This document shows positions 20,973-29,969 of a stretch of 64,000 nucleotides of DNA, piece after piece. The notes under the pieces were generated by a model, which saw only the letters and a program-made list of their open reading frames with translations, did not search any database and had not been told where the DNA came from. This stretch comes from Acidobacteriota bacterium (GTDB lineage Bacteria; Acidobacteriota; Terriglobia; Terriglobales; Acidobacteriaceae). The position numbers and the translations under genes were made by a program. The DNA is taken from contig JAKATU010000089.1 of assembly GCA_021818585.1 (NCBI GenBank), positions 63,735 to 127,734 of the forward strand, written 5' to 3'. Each line of letters opens with the position of its first letter. Position 1 is the stretch's first letter.

Positions 20973-21899
20973 CTAAACGCCAATTACGGCGCACAGTTCC
21001 TTCACAGCCGCCGCGCTCCTCTTCAGTGCCGCGTCCTCTTCCTGAGTCAGCTTGATCTCCACAATCTGCTCCAGTCCCTTCGCACCCAGCTTGCAAGGCA
21101 CGCCAACGTAGTAGCCGCTGATGCCGTACTCGCCTTCCAGATAAACCGCGCAGGGCACAATCTTCTTCTTGTCCTTCAGAATCGCTTCCACCATCTCCAC
21201 GGCAGCCGCTGAAGGAGCATAGTAAGCGCTGCCCGTCTTCAGGTACTTCACAATCTCCGCGCCGCCGTCGCGCGTCCGCTGCACCAGTTGCTCGATGCGC
21301 TCGGCCGGCATCAGTTCGGTAATCGGAATTCCCGCCACCGTCGAGTACCGCGGCAGCGGAACCATCGTGTCCCCGTGCCCGCCCAGCACAAACGCCGTCA
21401 CGTTCTCTACCGACACGTTCAGTTCCTCGGCAATAAACGTCCGGAAGCGCGCCGAATCCAGAATGCCCGCCATGCCGATCACCCGCTCGCGCGGCAGCTT
21501 CGCCTGCCGATAAGCAGCCTGCGCCATCGCATCCAGCGGATTCGAAACAATAATCAGAATGCAGTTCGGCGAGTGCTGCATCACCTTGCCCACCACGTCT
21601 GACATGATCTTGTAATTCGTGTTCAGCAAATCGTCGCGGCTCATGCCCGGCTTGCGCGGAAGCCCCGCCGTAATCACCACGATGTCCGAATTCGCCGTAT
21701 CCGCATAATCATTGGTACCAATCACGTGGCTGTCCCGCTTCTCAATCGGCATCGCCTCCAGCAGGTCCAGACCCTTGCCCTGCGGCACGCCATCGACAAT
21801 GTCAATCAGAACAACGTCGGCGAGTTCCTTCGAGGCAATCCAGTGAGCGGCGGTGGCGCCAACATTACCCGCGCCTACAATCGATACTTTCTTTCGCAT
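20973..21899 (-). CDS. mdh: Malate dehydrogenase (LDH-like)
   Basis: [33 protein letters not shown]. Confidence 0.95.
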   Translation of the reverse strand: MRKKVSIVGAGNVGATAAHWIASKELADVVLIDIVDGVPQGKGLDLLEAMPIEKRDSHVIGTNDYADTANSDIVVITAGLPRKPGMSRDDLLNTNYKIMSDVVGKVMQHSPNCILIIVSNPLDAMAQAAYRQAKLPRERVIGMAGILDSARFRTFIAEELNVSVENVTAFVLGGHGDTMVPLPRYSTVAGIPITELMPAERIEQLVQRTRDGGAEIVKYLKTGSAYYAPSAAAVEMVEAILKDKKKIVPCAVYLEGEYGISGYYVGVPCKLGAKGLEQIVEIKLTQEEDAALKRSAAAVKELCAVIGV

Positions 21900-22056
21900 G
21901 GTGCTCCTTCAGTATTCAGCGGCCCAGGCCGCATCGGTGTGTATGTTTTGATTGGTCTTACTGAACGTGTTGGGCAAAGCCTCAACTCTCTATTAAACAA
22001 GGTTCCGCGGAATCCTGCAGTGCCCCCACTCCCATCTGTCTTTCATGAAACAGCCA

Positions 22057-22118
22057 GAAGGCCCGCCAACGAGCGAGGCCCCTGATGTTTGGCGACGAAG
22101 CCGCGTGTGCCTGGACAG
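22057..22118 (-). repeat. Post-stop repeat plus imperfect terminator hairpin after icd
   Basis: Minus strand: CTGTCCAGGCACACGCGGCTTCGTCGCCAAA, then GGCCTCGC...GCGGGCCTTC. Confidence 0.7.
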
Positions 22119-23522
22119 CTAGTACATATTTTCAATCATCTTCGAAGCGAACTCGCTGGTCTTCACCTTCGTAGCGCCTTCCATCTGGCGCTCAAAGTCA
22201 TACGTCACGAACTTCTGCTGAATCGTCTTCTCCATCGAAGTCTCAATCAGCTTCGCCGCTTCCTTCCAGCCCAGAAACTCGAACATCATCACACCCGAAA
22301 GCATCACCGAACCAGGATTGATCACATCCTTGTCCGCATACTTCGGAGCCGTCCCGTGCGTCGCCTCAAACACCGCGTAGCCGTCGCCAATGTTGGCGCC
22401 GGGAGCAATTCCCAGCCCGCCCACCTGCGCCGCGCAAGCGTCCGAGATGTAATCGCCGTTCAAATTCGGGCAAGCCAGAATGTCGTACTCCGCCGGACGG
22501 ATAATCACCTGCTGAAAAATCGAATCCGCAATGCGGTCGTTAATCAGAATCTTCTGCTTCCACTTGCCGCCGCCGTGCGTCTTCCCAATCGAATCCAGCA
22601 CGCCTTCCACCTCCGCATAAAGCTCCTTCCGGAAGTCCTCTGAGCCAAACTCCAGCCCCGGCTCAATCATCGCGGCATTCTGCTCCACCGTCAGCCCGGG
22701 ATTCGCCTCCACATTGCCCAGAATCCAGCTCTCGCGCTCCGTCACTACCGTGTCGCGGAAATCGTCCACCGCAACCTCGTAGCCCCACTCCCGGAACGCG
22801 CCTTCCGTAAACTTCTGGATGTTGCCCTTGTGTACCAGCGTCACCGACCGGCGGCCATTCTCAATCGCGTACTCAATCGCCTTCCGCACCAGCCGCTTCG
22901 TGCCGGTGATTGAAATCGGCTTAATCCCCACACCCGAGTCCGTCCGAATCTTCTTCTTGCCGCCCTTCAGCATCTCATCGTTCAAAAAGTCAATCAGCTT
23001 CTTCACTTCCGGCGTTCCCTGCCGAAACTCGATGCCCGCATACACGTCTTCCGTGTTCTCGCGGAAGATCACCACATCCAGCTTTTCCGGGTGCTTCACC
23101 GGGCTGGGCACGCCCTGGTAGTACTTCACTGGCCGCACGCAGGCATACAGATCCATAATCTGCCGCAGCGCCACGTTCAGCGAACGAATCCCGCCGCCCA
23201 CCGGCGTCGTCAGCGGCCCCTTGATGCTCACCCGCAAATCAATCGCCGCCTTCACCGAGTCATCCGGCAGCCACGTGTTGAACTCGCGGAACGCCTTCTC
23301 GCCGGCATAAATCTCAAACCACTTCACCGCGCGCTTGCCGCCATAGGCCTTCGCAACCGCGGCGTCAAACACCCGCTGCGACGCCTTCCAGATGTCGCGA
23401 CCCGTTCCATCGCCCTCAATAAAGGGAATAATCGGATGGTCGGGAATCTCATACTTACCGTCAGCGTACTGAATCGGCTGGCCGCCCTCAGGCAGCGCAT
23501 GCCCGTTATAACTCGCCTGCAT
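22119..23522 (-). CDS. icd: NADP-dependent isocitrate dehydrogenase
   Basis: [53 protein letters not shown]. Confidence 0.95.
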   Translation of the reverse strand: MQASYNGHALPEGGQPIQYADGKYEIPDHPIIPFIEGDGTGRDIWKASQRVFDAAVAKAYGGKRAVKWFEIYAGEKAFREFNTWLPDDSVKAAIDLRVSIKGPLTTPVGGGIRSLNVALRQIMDLYACVRPVKYYQGVPSPVKHPEKLDVVIFRENTEDVYAGIEFRQGTPEVKKLIDFLNDEMLKGGKKKIRTDSGVGIKPISITGTKRLVRKAIEYAIENGRRSVTLVHKGNIQKFTEGAFREWGYEVAVDDFRDTVVTERESWILGNVEANPGLTVEQNAAMIEPGLEFGSEDFRKELYAEVEGVLDSIGKTHGGGKWKQKILINDRIADSIFQQVIIRPAEYDILACPNLNGDYISDACAAQVGGLGIAPGANIGDGYAVFEATHGTAPKYADKDVINPGSVMLSGVMMFEFLGWKEAAKLIETSMEKTIQQKFVTYDFERQMEGATKVKTSEFASKMIENMY

Positions 23523-23696
23523 GTGCGTGAAACCTCAACTTTTATAGGGTGCTGATCAGATCAAACCTAACACCCCGAAAATATACATGGCAACGTGCCG
23601 TGTCACCGACAGAGACGCCAATCACAGCACTAAAATCACGGTGGCCCATACAAGGTCGATTCTGCTCCTTGGCGAAAACCGGGGTACCCCATAGCG

Positions 23697-23731
23697 TGTC
23701 CTGAGCGAGCTACAGACAAGTCGAAGGATCC
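23697..23731 (+). repeat. Degenerate REP-like element (TGTCCTGAGCGA...GTCGAAGGATC)
   Basis: Resembles elements at about 40670 and 42065 and the widespread GTCATCCTGAGCG...GAAGGATC repeat type. Confidence 0.45.
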
Positions 23732-23766
23732 AGGAAGGGCAAGTGGGAATCGCGGCAAAGCCGCGA

Positions 23767-24525
23767 CTACCTCGACCCAGAATTGCGAAGCATCATAGCC
23801 GCCACAAAAGCAGCCCCAAACCCATTGTCAATATTCACCACGCACACATTCGGCGAGCACGAATTCAACATCCCCAGGAGAGCCGCCAGCCCGCCAAACG
23901 CCGCCCCATACCCCACGCTGGTAGGCACAGCAATCACAGGAGCAGCCACCAGCCCGCCCACCACGCTCGGCAGCGCGCCTTCCATCCCCGCGCACACAAT
24001 CACCGCCCGCGCCCCATCCAGCGTCTCCTTCTGCGACAAAATCCGGTGCAGCCCCGCCACGCCCACGTCATACACTCGCCTCACGTCGCACTCCAGGTAG
24101 CTCGCCGTCACAGCCGCCTCTTCGGCTACCGGAATATCACTCGTCCCTGCGCAAACCACCGCCAGCGGACCATACTTCCGCTCCACGCCATCCGCAGCCA
24201 GCGCCACCATCCGCGCCGCCTCGTAATACTTCCCCGCCGGAACCACCCCCCGCACCGCCGCTGCATGCTCCGGCGTCAGCCGCGTCGCCAGCACCGCGCT
24301 GCCCGCCGCCGCCATGCGCGCAAAAATCTCCGCCACCTGCTCCGGCGTCTTCCCCGCCGCGTAAATTACCTCCGGCAATCCCTGCCGCAGTGATCGATGA
24401 TGGTCAATCTTCGCGAACTCCGCATCCTCAAACGGCAAATGCGCCAACCGCGCAAGAGCCGCCTCCGGCGTAGCCGCGCCCGAGGCCACTTTTTCCAGCA
24501 ATTCCAGAATCGCCTCGCGCCTCAA
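23767..24525 (-). CDS. larB: Nickel pincer cofactor biosynthesis carboxylase/hydrolase
   Basis: AKIDHHR, PEVIY, AGTSDIPVAEEA, DVGVAGLHR, AGMEGAL, PTSVGYG, NIDNGFGA; TTG start overlaps the larC stop. Confidence 0.92.
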   Translation of the reverse strand: MRREAILELLEKVASGAATPEAALARLAHLPFEDAEFAKIDHHRSLRQGLPEVIYAAGKTPEQVAEIFARMAAAGSAVLATRLTPEHAAAVRGVVPAGKYYEAARMVALAADGVERKYGPLAVVCAGTSDIPVAEEAAVTASYLECDVRRVYDVGVAGLHRILSQKETLDGARAVIVCAGMEGALPSVVGGLVAAPVIAVPTSVGYGAAFGGLAALLGMLNSCSPNVCVVNIDNGFGAAFVAAMMLRNSGSR

Positions 24526-25862
24526 GCCGTCTCCTCCACCGGACGCACCGGAGCATCCTCGCCCGCAGCCCGCAGCGCCGCCGCCATCACCTGCCGCAGC
24601 GCCACGCCATGCTCCCGCGCCGCCTGCCGGCAATCCTCATACTCCGGCATCGCGTTGTAGCGCACGCCATGCGCGCCGGCCAGCTTCACCCGTATTGCCC
24701 CATACACCGTCTCCACTACTCGAATCTCCCGGTCCAACACCATCCGCTGTTCCTCGCGCCGCCGCATCCCCAGCGTCGTCGTCTCCTGAAACAGCAACGC
24801 CGCTATCGACTCCGCATCCTGCGGCTTGCACAACACCGTCAGCAGCGTCCCCAGCCGTCCCTTCTTCATCGTCGCCGGAACCGCCATCACATCCAGTGCG
24901 CCCTGCTCCATCGCCATCTCCAAAGCATGTGACAGCACCTGCGGAGAAGCATCATCCACCGCGCATTCCAATACCGTAACCGTATCGGTGGCAAATCCTC
25001 CGGCCCCTGCGGAAACCTCCCGCGCAGCCCCCAGACTCAGCCGCACCACATTCGGAAATCCCTTCGGATTCCGCGTCCCCGCGCCATACCCCATCACATC
25101 CGCCGCAAACACAGACCGCGCCTCAAATCGGCATTCCAAAGCCCGCAGCAGCGCCGCGCCCGTCGGCGTAATCGCCTCACCCTCCGGACCAGCGGAATAC
25201 ACCGGCACGCCCCGCAGCAACTCCGCAGTCGCCGGAGCAGGCACCGGAAACCTCCCATGCGCGCACTGCACAAACCCGCTGCCCACATTCACCGCCGACG
25301 CATGCCACGCATCCACGCCAAGCCAGCTCAACCCCACCGCCGCGCAGACAATATCGGTAATCGTGTCTACATTCCCCACTTCGTGGAAATGCACATCCTC
25401 CACAGCCATCCCGTGAATCTTCGCCTCGGCCTCGGCCAGCAGCGCAAACGTCCGCAAAGCCAGCCGCCGCGCACCCTCCTCCAGCCGAGCCGCCTCAATC
25501 AGCCCACGAATCTCCCGCCAGTTCCGCCCATGCGAGTGCTCATGCGCATGCTCTTCATGAGAATGCGTATGCCCATGCTCGTGCTCATGCGAATGACCAT
25601 GCCCAGGCTCATGAACATGCTCGTGCGATTGCCCATGAGCATGTCCAGCCGAATCCTCAGCCAGAGCATCCCCCACCATCACATCCACCTTCACCGCCTT
25701 GATCCCGCTGCGGTCCACAGCCCCAATCCGTAAACTCGCACCCAGTCCCAGCCCGGCCGCCGTCTCCTGCAGCAGTTCCACCGGAACCCCCGCCGCAACC
25801 AGCGCCCCCAGCATCATGTCGCCGGAAAGCCCGGCAAAGCACTCCAGATACCCAATCTTCAT
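24522..25862 (-). CDS. larC: Nickel pincer cofactor nickel insertase
   Basis: GLSGDMMLGAL, His-rich insert, VHFHEVG, CAHG..PVPAPAT, TPTGAA, MKKGR, ETTTLG, PEYED. Confidence 0.93.
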   Translation of the reverse strand: MKIGYLECFAGLSGDMMLGALVAAGVPVELLQETAAGLGLGASLRIGAVDRSGIKAVKVDVMVGDALAEDSAGHAHGQSHEHVHEPGHGHSHEHEHGHTHSHEEHAHEHSHGRNWREIRGLIEAARLEEGARRLALRTFALLAEAEAKIHGMAVEDVHFHEVGNVDTITDIVCAAVGLSWLGVDAWHASAVNVGSGFVQCAHGRFPVPAPATAELLRGVPVYSAGPEGEAITPTGAALLRALECRFEARSVFAADVMGYGAGTRNPKGFPNVVRLSLGAAREVSAGAGGFATDTVTVLECAVDDASPQVLSHALEMAMEQGALDVMAVPATMKKGRLGTLLTVLCKPQDAESIAALLFQETTTLGMRRREEQRMVLDREIRVVETVYGAIRVKLAGAHGVRYNAMPEYEDCRQAAREHGVALRQVMAAALRAAGEDAPVRPVEETA

Positions 25863-26704
25863 AAGCTCTTCGTCAGCGCCTCCGCAGGCAGCAACTCCAT
25901 CCCAAGCACCTCATTCATCGCTCCCGACCGGTAGCCGTCGCAGTCCACTGCCACATAATGGAACCCAGCCGCCCGCACCGCCGTCGACATCTCCTTGAAA
26001 AACTCCGGCCGCAGCGCCCCGGCCATCTCTTCCTCGGCAATCTCAATCCGCGCCATCTCGCCATGGTGCCGCACCCGGAACCGCCGCAAGCCCAGCCGCA
26101 GCAAACCCTCCTCGGCCTCTTCCACCATCCGCAGCACCTCCGGCGTTACCCTCCGCCCGTACTCAATCCGCGAAGAAAGACAAGCCGAAGCGGGCTTATC
26201 CCATATCCGCAACCCAGCCTCACGCGCCAGTTCCCGAATCTCCGCCTTGCCCAACCCCGCATCCGCCAGCGGAGCCGCCGCCCGGTGCGCCGCTGCCGCC
26301 TTCTGCCCGGGCCGAAAATCCTTCCGGTCATCCACATTCAGCCCGTAGGCAACCGCCGCAAACCCGCGCCGCTCACGCTCCGCCTCCAGCACCGTAAACA
26401 GCTCATCCTTGCAGTGAAAACACCGGTCCGCGCCATTCGCCGCATAAGCTTCCTGATCCAGTTCCTCTGTCTTGACTGTCTCCAGCCGCATTCCCTGCTC
26501 CGCCGCAAACGCCACCGCGTCCCGGTAATGGCTCCGCGCCAGCGACGCGGAATCCGCAATCACCGCCACAGCACGCTCGCCCAGCACCCGGTGCGCCGTC
26601 CACGCCAGGTACGCCGAGTCAATCCCACCCGAGTACGCCGTCAGCACACTGCCGAGTTCGGCCAGCCTTGCTTCCAAACGGTGCTGTTTCTCCGTCAGAT
26701 TCAT
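25859..26704 (-). CDS. larE: ATP-dependent sulfur transferase
   Basis: PP-loop AYSGGIDS, RCFHCK, RPG, WDKPASACLSSR, RVRHH. Confidence 0.92.
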   Translation of the reverse strand: MNLTEKQHRLEARLAELGSVLTAYSGGIDSAYLAWTAHRVLGERAVAVIADSASLARSHYRDAVAFAAEQGMRLETVKTEELDQEAYAANGADRCFHCKDELFTVLEAERERRGFAAVAYGLNVDDRKDFRPGQKAAAAHRAAAPLADAGLGKAEIRELAREAGLRIWDKPASACLSSRIEYGRRVTPEVLRMVEEAEEGLLRLGLRRFRVRHHGEMARIEIAEEEMAGALRPEFFKEMSTAVRAAGFHYVAVDCDGYRSGAMNEVLGMELLPAEALTKSL

Positions 26705-26829
26705 AGCTTCTACTCGTCATGGTACTCCGCCCCCACTTGTATTCCATCCACATCTCTCCCTTGATTCACCGTTCTTCCCGGCAGGCCCACCCTGTCTCTC
26801 AAGACAGTACATTAAAATGGTGACGCCCT

Positions 26830-28104
26830 GTGCCTGAATCAACCCAACCTCTCTCATCAGCCGAGCGCAATGCGCTCCGCCGCCTCGTATTTCAGGACGC
26901 CATCGCTCTACTCTCGCTGCTCCTTGTCATCATCGTTCTTTCCGTTCTCACCTACCTGCTCTTTCATTCCTTCAAATCGCATGAGATCGACCTCGCCCAG
27001 CGCTGGAAGCGCCGCGGCGAAGTCGCCCTTCAAAAAGGCAATCCCAACGTCGCCATCGACGCACTTCGCTCCGCGCTCGCCTACAAGTCCGACCGCTCAA
27101 CCGAGATTGAGCTGGCAGAAGCCCTCGCCAACGCCGGCAAAACTCACGAGGCCGTCGCCTACTTCACCACCCTCCGTGAAGCGGAACCCGGCAGCGGCAT
27201 CATCAACCTCCAGCTAGCCCGCCTCGCTGCCCGCCAGGATGAGCAAGCCCAGGCCATTCACTATTACCAGACCGCCATCGACGGTACCTGGGAGGGCGAC
27301 GGCTACCAGCGCCGCCGTGACGTCCGTCTTGAACTAGCCCAGTACCTTATCTCCATCCACCAGTTCACGCGCGCCCGCAACCAGTTGCTCATCGCCGTCG
27401 GCAACGCTGGAAACCTTCCGCCCATACTGCTCAAAATTGCCGCCATGCTGGAGGAGTGCCAAAGCCAGACAGACGCACTGCAAATCTACCGCACCCTTTC
27501 CAAGCAGCGTGAACCCTCATGGCAGGCTCTCTCCGGCGCCGGACGCACTGCCTACCAGCTCGGTGAATTCAACGTAGCCCTGCATTATCTCGATCGCGCC
27601 CTCTACGCCCGCGCCTTCGTCTCGCAACCCGCCGCAGTTCAGACCACCATTCGCAACATGCAGTCCATCGCTGCCCAAATCCTCGCCATCTATCCCTCCA
27701 CCGATCTCAGCATCCGCGACCGCGCTCTTCGCATCCAGCACAACGTCACTGTCGCACGCAAGCGATTCAACTCCTGTGAGTCCCCTCTTGCCGCAGCCGC
27801 TCTCGCTGCCCCGAAAGCGCCGACTGCCACCAGTTCGTCCTCCCTGCTACCTCCTGTCATCCCGGCTAATCCGCTCGCGCAGGACGCTCAGGCCAGCGCT
27901 AAAGCCCTCGCCGCCCGCTGGGCTAAGGTGCCACGCTATCCCACGCTCTTTTACCTCGAACAGAACCCGCAGGCAGAGCAAACCCTCATGCAGCTCGTTT
28001 ACGACACAGAAATTGACGCAGCCAAACAATGCGGAACGCCCAAGGGAGAGGATGCCCTCCTCTATCGCATCGCCCAGGACCCGAACGCAGTGGAGCAACA
28101 ATGA
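26830..28104 (+). CDS. Membrane-anchored tetratricopeptide-repeat protein
   Basis: One N-terminal TM (AIALLSLLLVIIVLSVLTYLLF) followed by helical TPR-like repeats. Confidence 0.75.
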   Translation: MPESTQPLSSAERNALRRLVFQDAIALLSLLLVIIVLSVLTYLLFHSFKSHEIDLAQRWKRRGEVALQKGNPNVAIDALRSALAYKSDRSTEIELAEALANAGKTHEAVAYFTTLREAEPGSGIINLQLARLAARQDEQAQAIHYYQTAIDGTWEGDGYQRRRDVRLELAQYLISIHQFTRARNQLLIAVGNAGNLPPILLKIAAMLEECQSQTDALQIYRTLSKQREPSWQALSGAGRTAYQLGEFNVALHYLDRALYARAFVSQPAAVQTTIRNMQSIAAQILAIYPSTDLSIRDRALRIQHNVTVARKRFNSCESPLAAAALAAPKAPTATSSSSLLPPVIPANPLAQDAQASAKALAARWAKVPRYPTLFYLEQNPQAEQTLMQLVYDTEIDAAKQCGTPKGEDALLYRIAQDPNAVEQQ

Positions 28105-29885
28105 CCGGCGCTTCTCCAGCAGCAGGCACCTCCAGGGCAACCCTCCGCGCCCGCGCCCTCGACCGTCTCCGCTTTGGCTCCGTCGACCTGCAAAAACTCG
28201 CGCCCACCCGCGAAGAACGCCTTCTGCTGCTGCTCTCCATCCTCATCGGAATCATTTCCGGCCTGCTCGTCGTCGCCTTCCGCGTCGCCATTGAATGGAT
28301 CAAGGTTCTCCTGCTCGGCTCAGCGCCCCACCCCGGCCAGCTCCGCCTCCTCTACATGCCTGCAGGCATGGGCCTCATCGTCGCAGCCCTCGTCATCTTC
28401 ATCTTTCCCGGAGCGCGCGGCAGCGGCGTCAACCAGACCAAAGCGGCACTCTACGTCTACAACGGCTATATCTCCTTCAAAACAGTCATCGGCAAGTTCC
28501 TCACTGCAGCGCTCGCCCTCGGCAGCGGACAATCCCTCGGCCCCGAAGATCCCTCCCTCCAAATCGGCGCCGGAGTCGCTTCCGTCATTGCGCGACGGCT
28601 CAAAATGTCACGCCAGCGCCTGCGCCTATTCGCCCCCATCGGTGCCGCCGCCGGACTCGCCGCCGCATTCAACGCCCCCATCTCCGCCATGCTCTTCGTC
28701 ATTGAAGAGGTCATCGGCTCCTGGAGCGCCGCCGTACTTGGCTCCATCGTCCTCGCCGCGATATCCAGCGTCGTCGTCGCCCGCCTCTTCTGGGGTACCG
28801 AACCCATGTTCCGCGTCCCCGCCGTCGAGCTTCGCGATCCACGCGAACTCCTCGCCTACGCCGTCATGGGCGTCATCGGCGGCTTCGTGGCCGTCATCTT
28901 TTCCTCCACCCTCGGCTACCTCCGGCCCCGCCTGCGCAACCTGCCCCGCTGGACTCTCTTCTGCCAGCCCGCGCTCGCCGGCCTGCTCGTCGGCGCCATC
29001 GGCTACTTCGGATTCCCACAGGTCATGGGCGTCGGCTACGGCGTCATCGACCAGGCCATGCACGCCCAGTTCACGTGGCAGATTCTGCTGGCCCTCGCCA
29101 TCTTCAAGCTCATCGCCACCACCGTCTCCTTCTCCAGCGGAACCCCCGGCGGCATGTTCGCCCCCACGCTCTTCATCGGAGCCATGCTCGGCGGCGCAGT
29201 CGGCGCCTTTGAGAAACTCTTCTTCCCCCATCTCACCGGCAGCATCGGCGCTTACGCCCTCGTGGGCATGGGCGTCCTCTTTGCCGGATTCCTACGCGTC
29301 CCGCTCACCTCCGTCTTCATGGTTCTCGAGGTCAGCGGAAACTACTCCATCATTCTTCCTGTCATTCTCGCCAACACCATCGCCTACCTCATCTCCCGCA
29401 GCCTCCAGCCCGTCCCTATCTTTGAAGTTCTCACTCTTCAGGACGGTCTCCATCTCCCATCCATGGAAGAGCAGCGCGAAGAGGTCCATCTCCACATCGA
29501 AGACGCCCTCCGGCCCGTCGATATCCCAATTCTTGAAGGCGCCGATCCCCTCGCAAAGGCCTCCAGAGCCTTCGCCGACTCCGGCGCAGCCGCGCTCCTT
29601 GTCAAAATGTGGGACAACAGTTGGTACGCCCTCACCCGCGAAGAGCTCTCCGGAATCGAAGCCCTCCAGAATCCCGAATCCCGCCTCGAAACCGCCGTTC
29701 GCAACGACCGCATCCCCGACCTCTACCCCGATCTCACCCTCGACAGCGCTCTTCCCTGCTTCGCCCGCTGGAAGATCCTGCCCATCCAGAACCGCGCAAC
29801 ACTCGGCACGCTCGAAGGCATCCTCACCGAACCGGACGTGCTCGATCGCTACCATCAGGACTGGACCGGCCGTTCCATCAAGTGA
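28101..29885 (+). CDS. ClC chloride channel/antiporter family protein with degenerate CBS tail
   Basis: GSGVN, SLGPEDP, GAAAGLAAAFNAP, FVIEE, PGGMFAP, PLTS; ATGA overlap with the TPR gene. Confidence 0.9.
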   Translation: MTGASPAAGTSRATLRARALDRLRFGSVDLQKLAPTREERLLLLLSILIGIISGLLVVAFRVAIEWIKVLLLGSAPHPGQLRLLYMPAGMGLIVAALVIFIFPGARGSGVNQTKAALYVYNGYISFKTVIGKFLTAALALGSGQSLGPEDPSLQIGAGVASVIARRLKMSRQRLRLFAPIGAAAGLAAAFNAPISAMLFVIEEVIGSWSAAVLGSIVLAAISSVVVARLFWGTEPMFRVPAVELRDPRELLAYAVMGVIGGFVAVIFSSTLGYLRPRLRNLPRWTLFCQPALAGLLVGAIGYFGFPQVMGVGYGVIDQAMHAQFTWQILLALAIFKLIATTVSFSSGTPGGMFAPTLFIGAMLGGAVGAFEKLFFPHLTGSIGAYALVGMGVLFAGFLRVPLTSVFMVLEVSGNYSIILPVILANTIAYLISRSLQPVPIFEVLTLQDGLHLPSMEEQREEVHLHIEDALRPVDIPILEGADPLAKASRAFADSGAAALLVKMWDNSWYALTREELSGIEALQNPESRLETAVRNDRIPDLYPDLTLDSALPCFARWKILPIQNRATLGTLEGILTEPDVLDRYHQDWTGRSIK

Positions 29886-29969
29886 TCTTCATAACCTGAC
29901 GATTACAATTAGGACGTGGACTGATTCACCTTTGAAGTTGCTGCACCGAAAAGGACTTTCGTTCAACTC

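Noticed and set aside
25530-25645. Repetitive DNA in larC
   Set aside because: Encodes the known His-rich Ni-binding segment of LarC.
28101-29885. Fluoride exporter CLC-F or fluoride riboswitch
   Set aside because: CLC-F motifs are absent and no crcB-type riboswitch was recognised upstream.
29886-29969. c-di-AMP (ydaO) riboswitch before the kinase/kdpD-like pair
   Set aside because: The region is too short and no consensus elements were recognisable.
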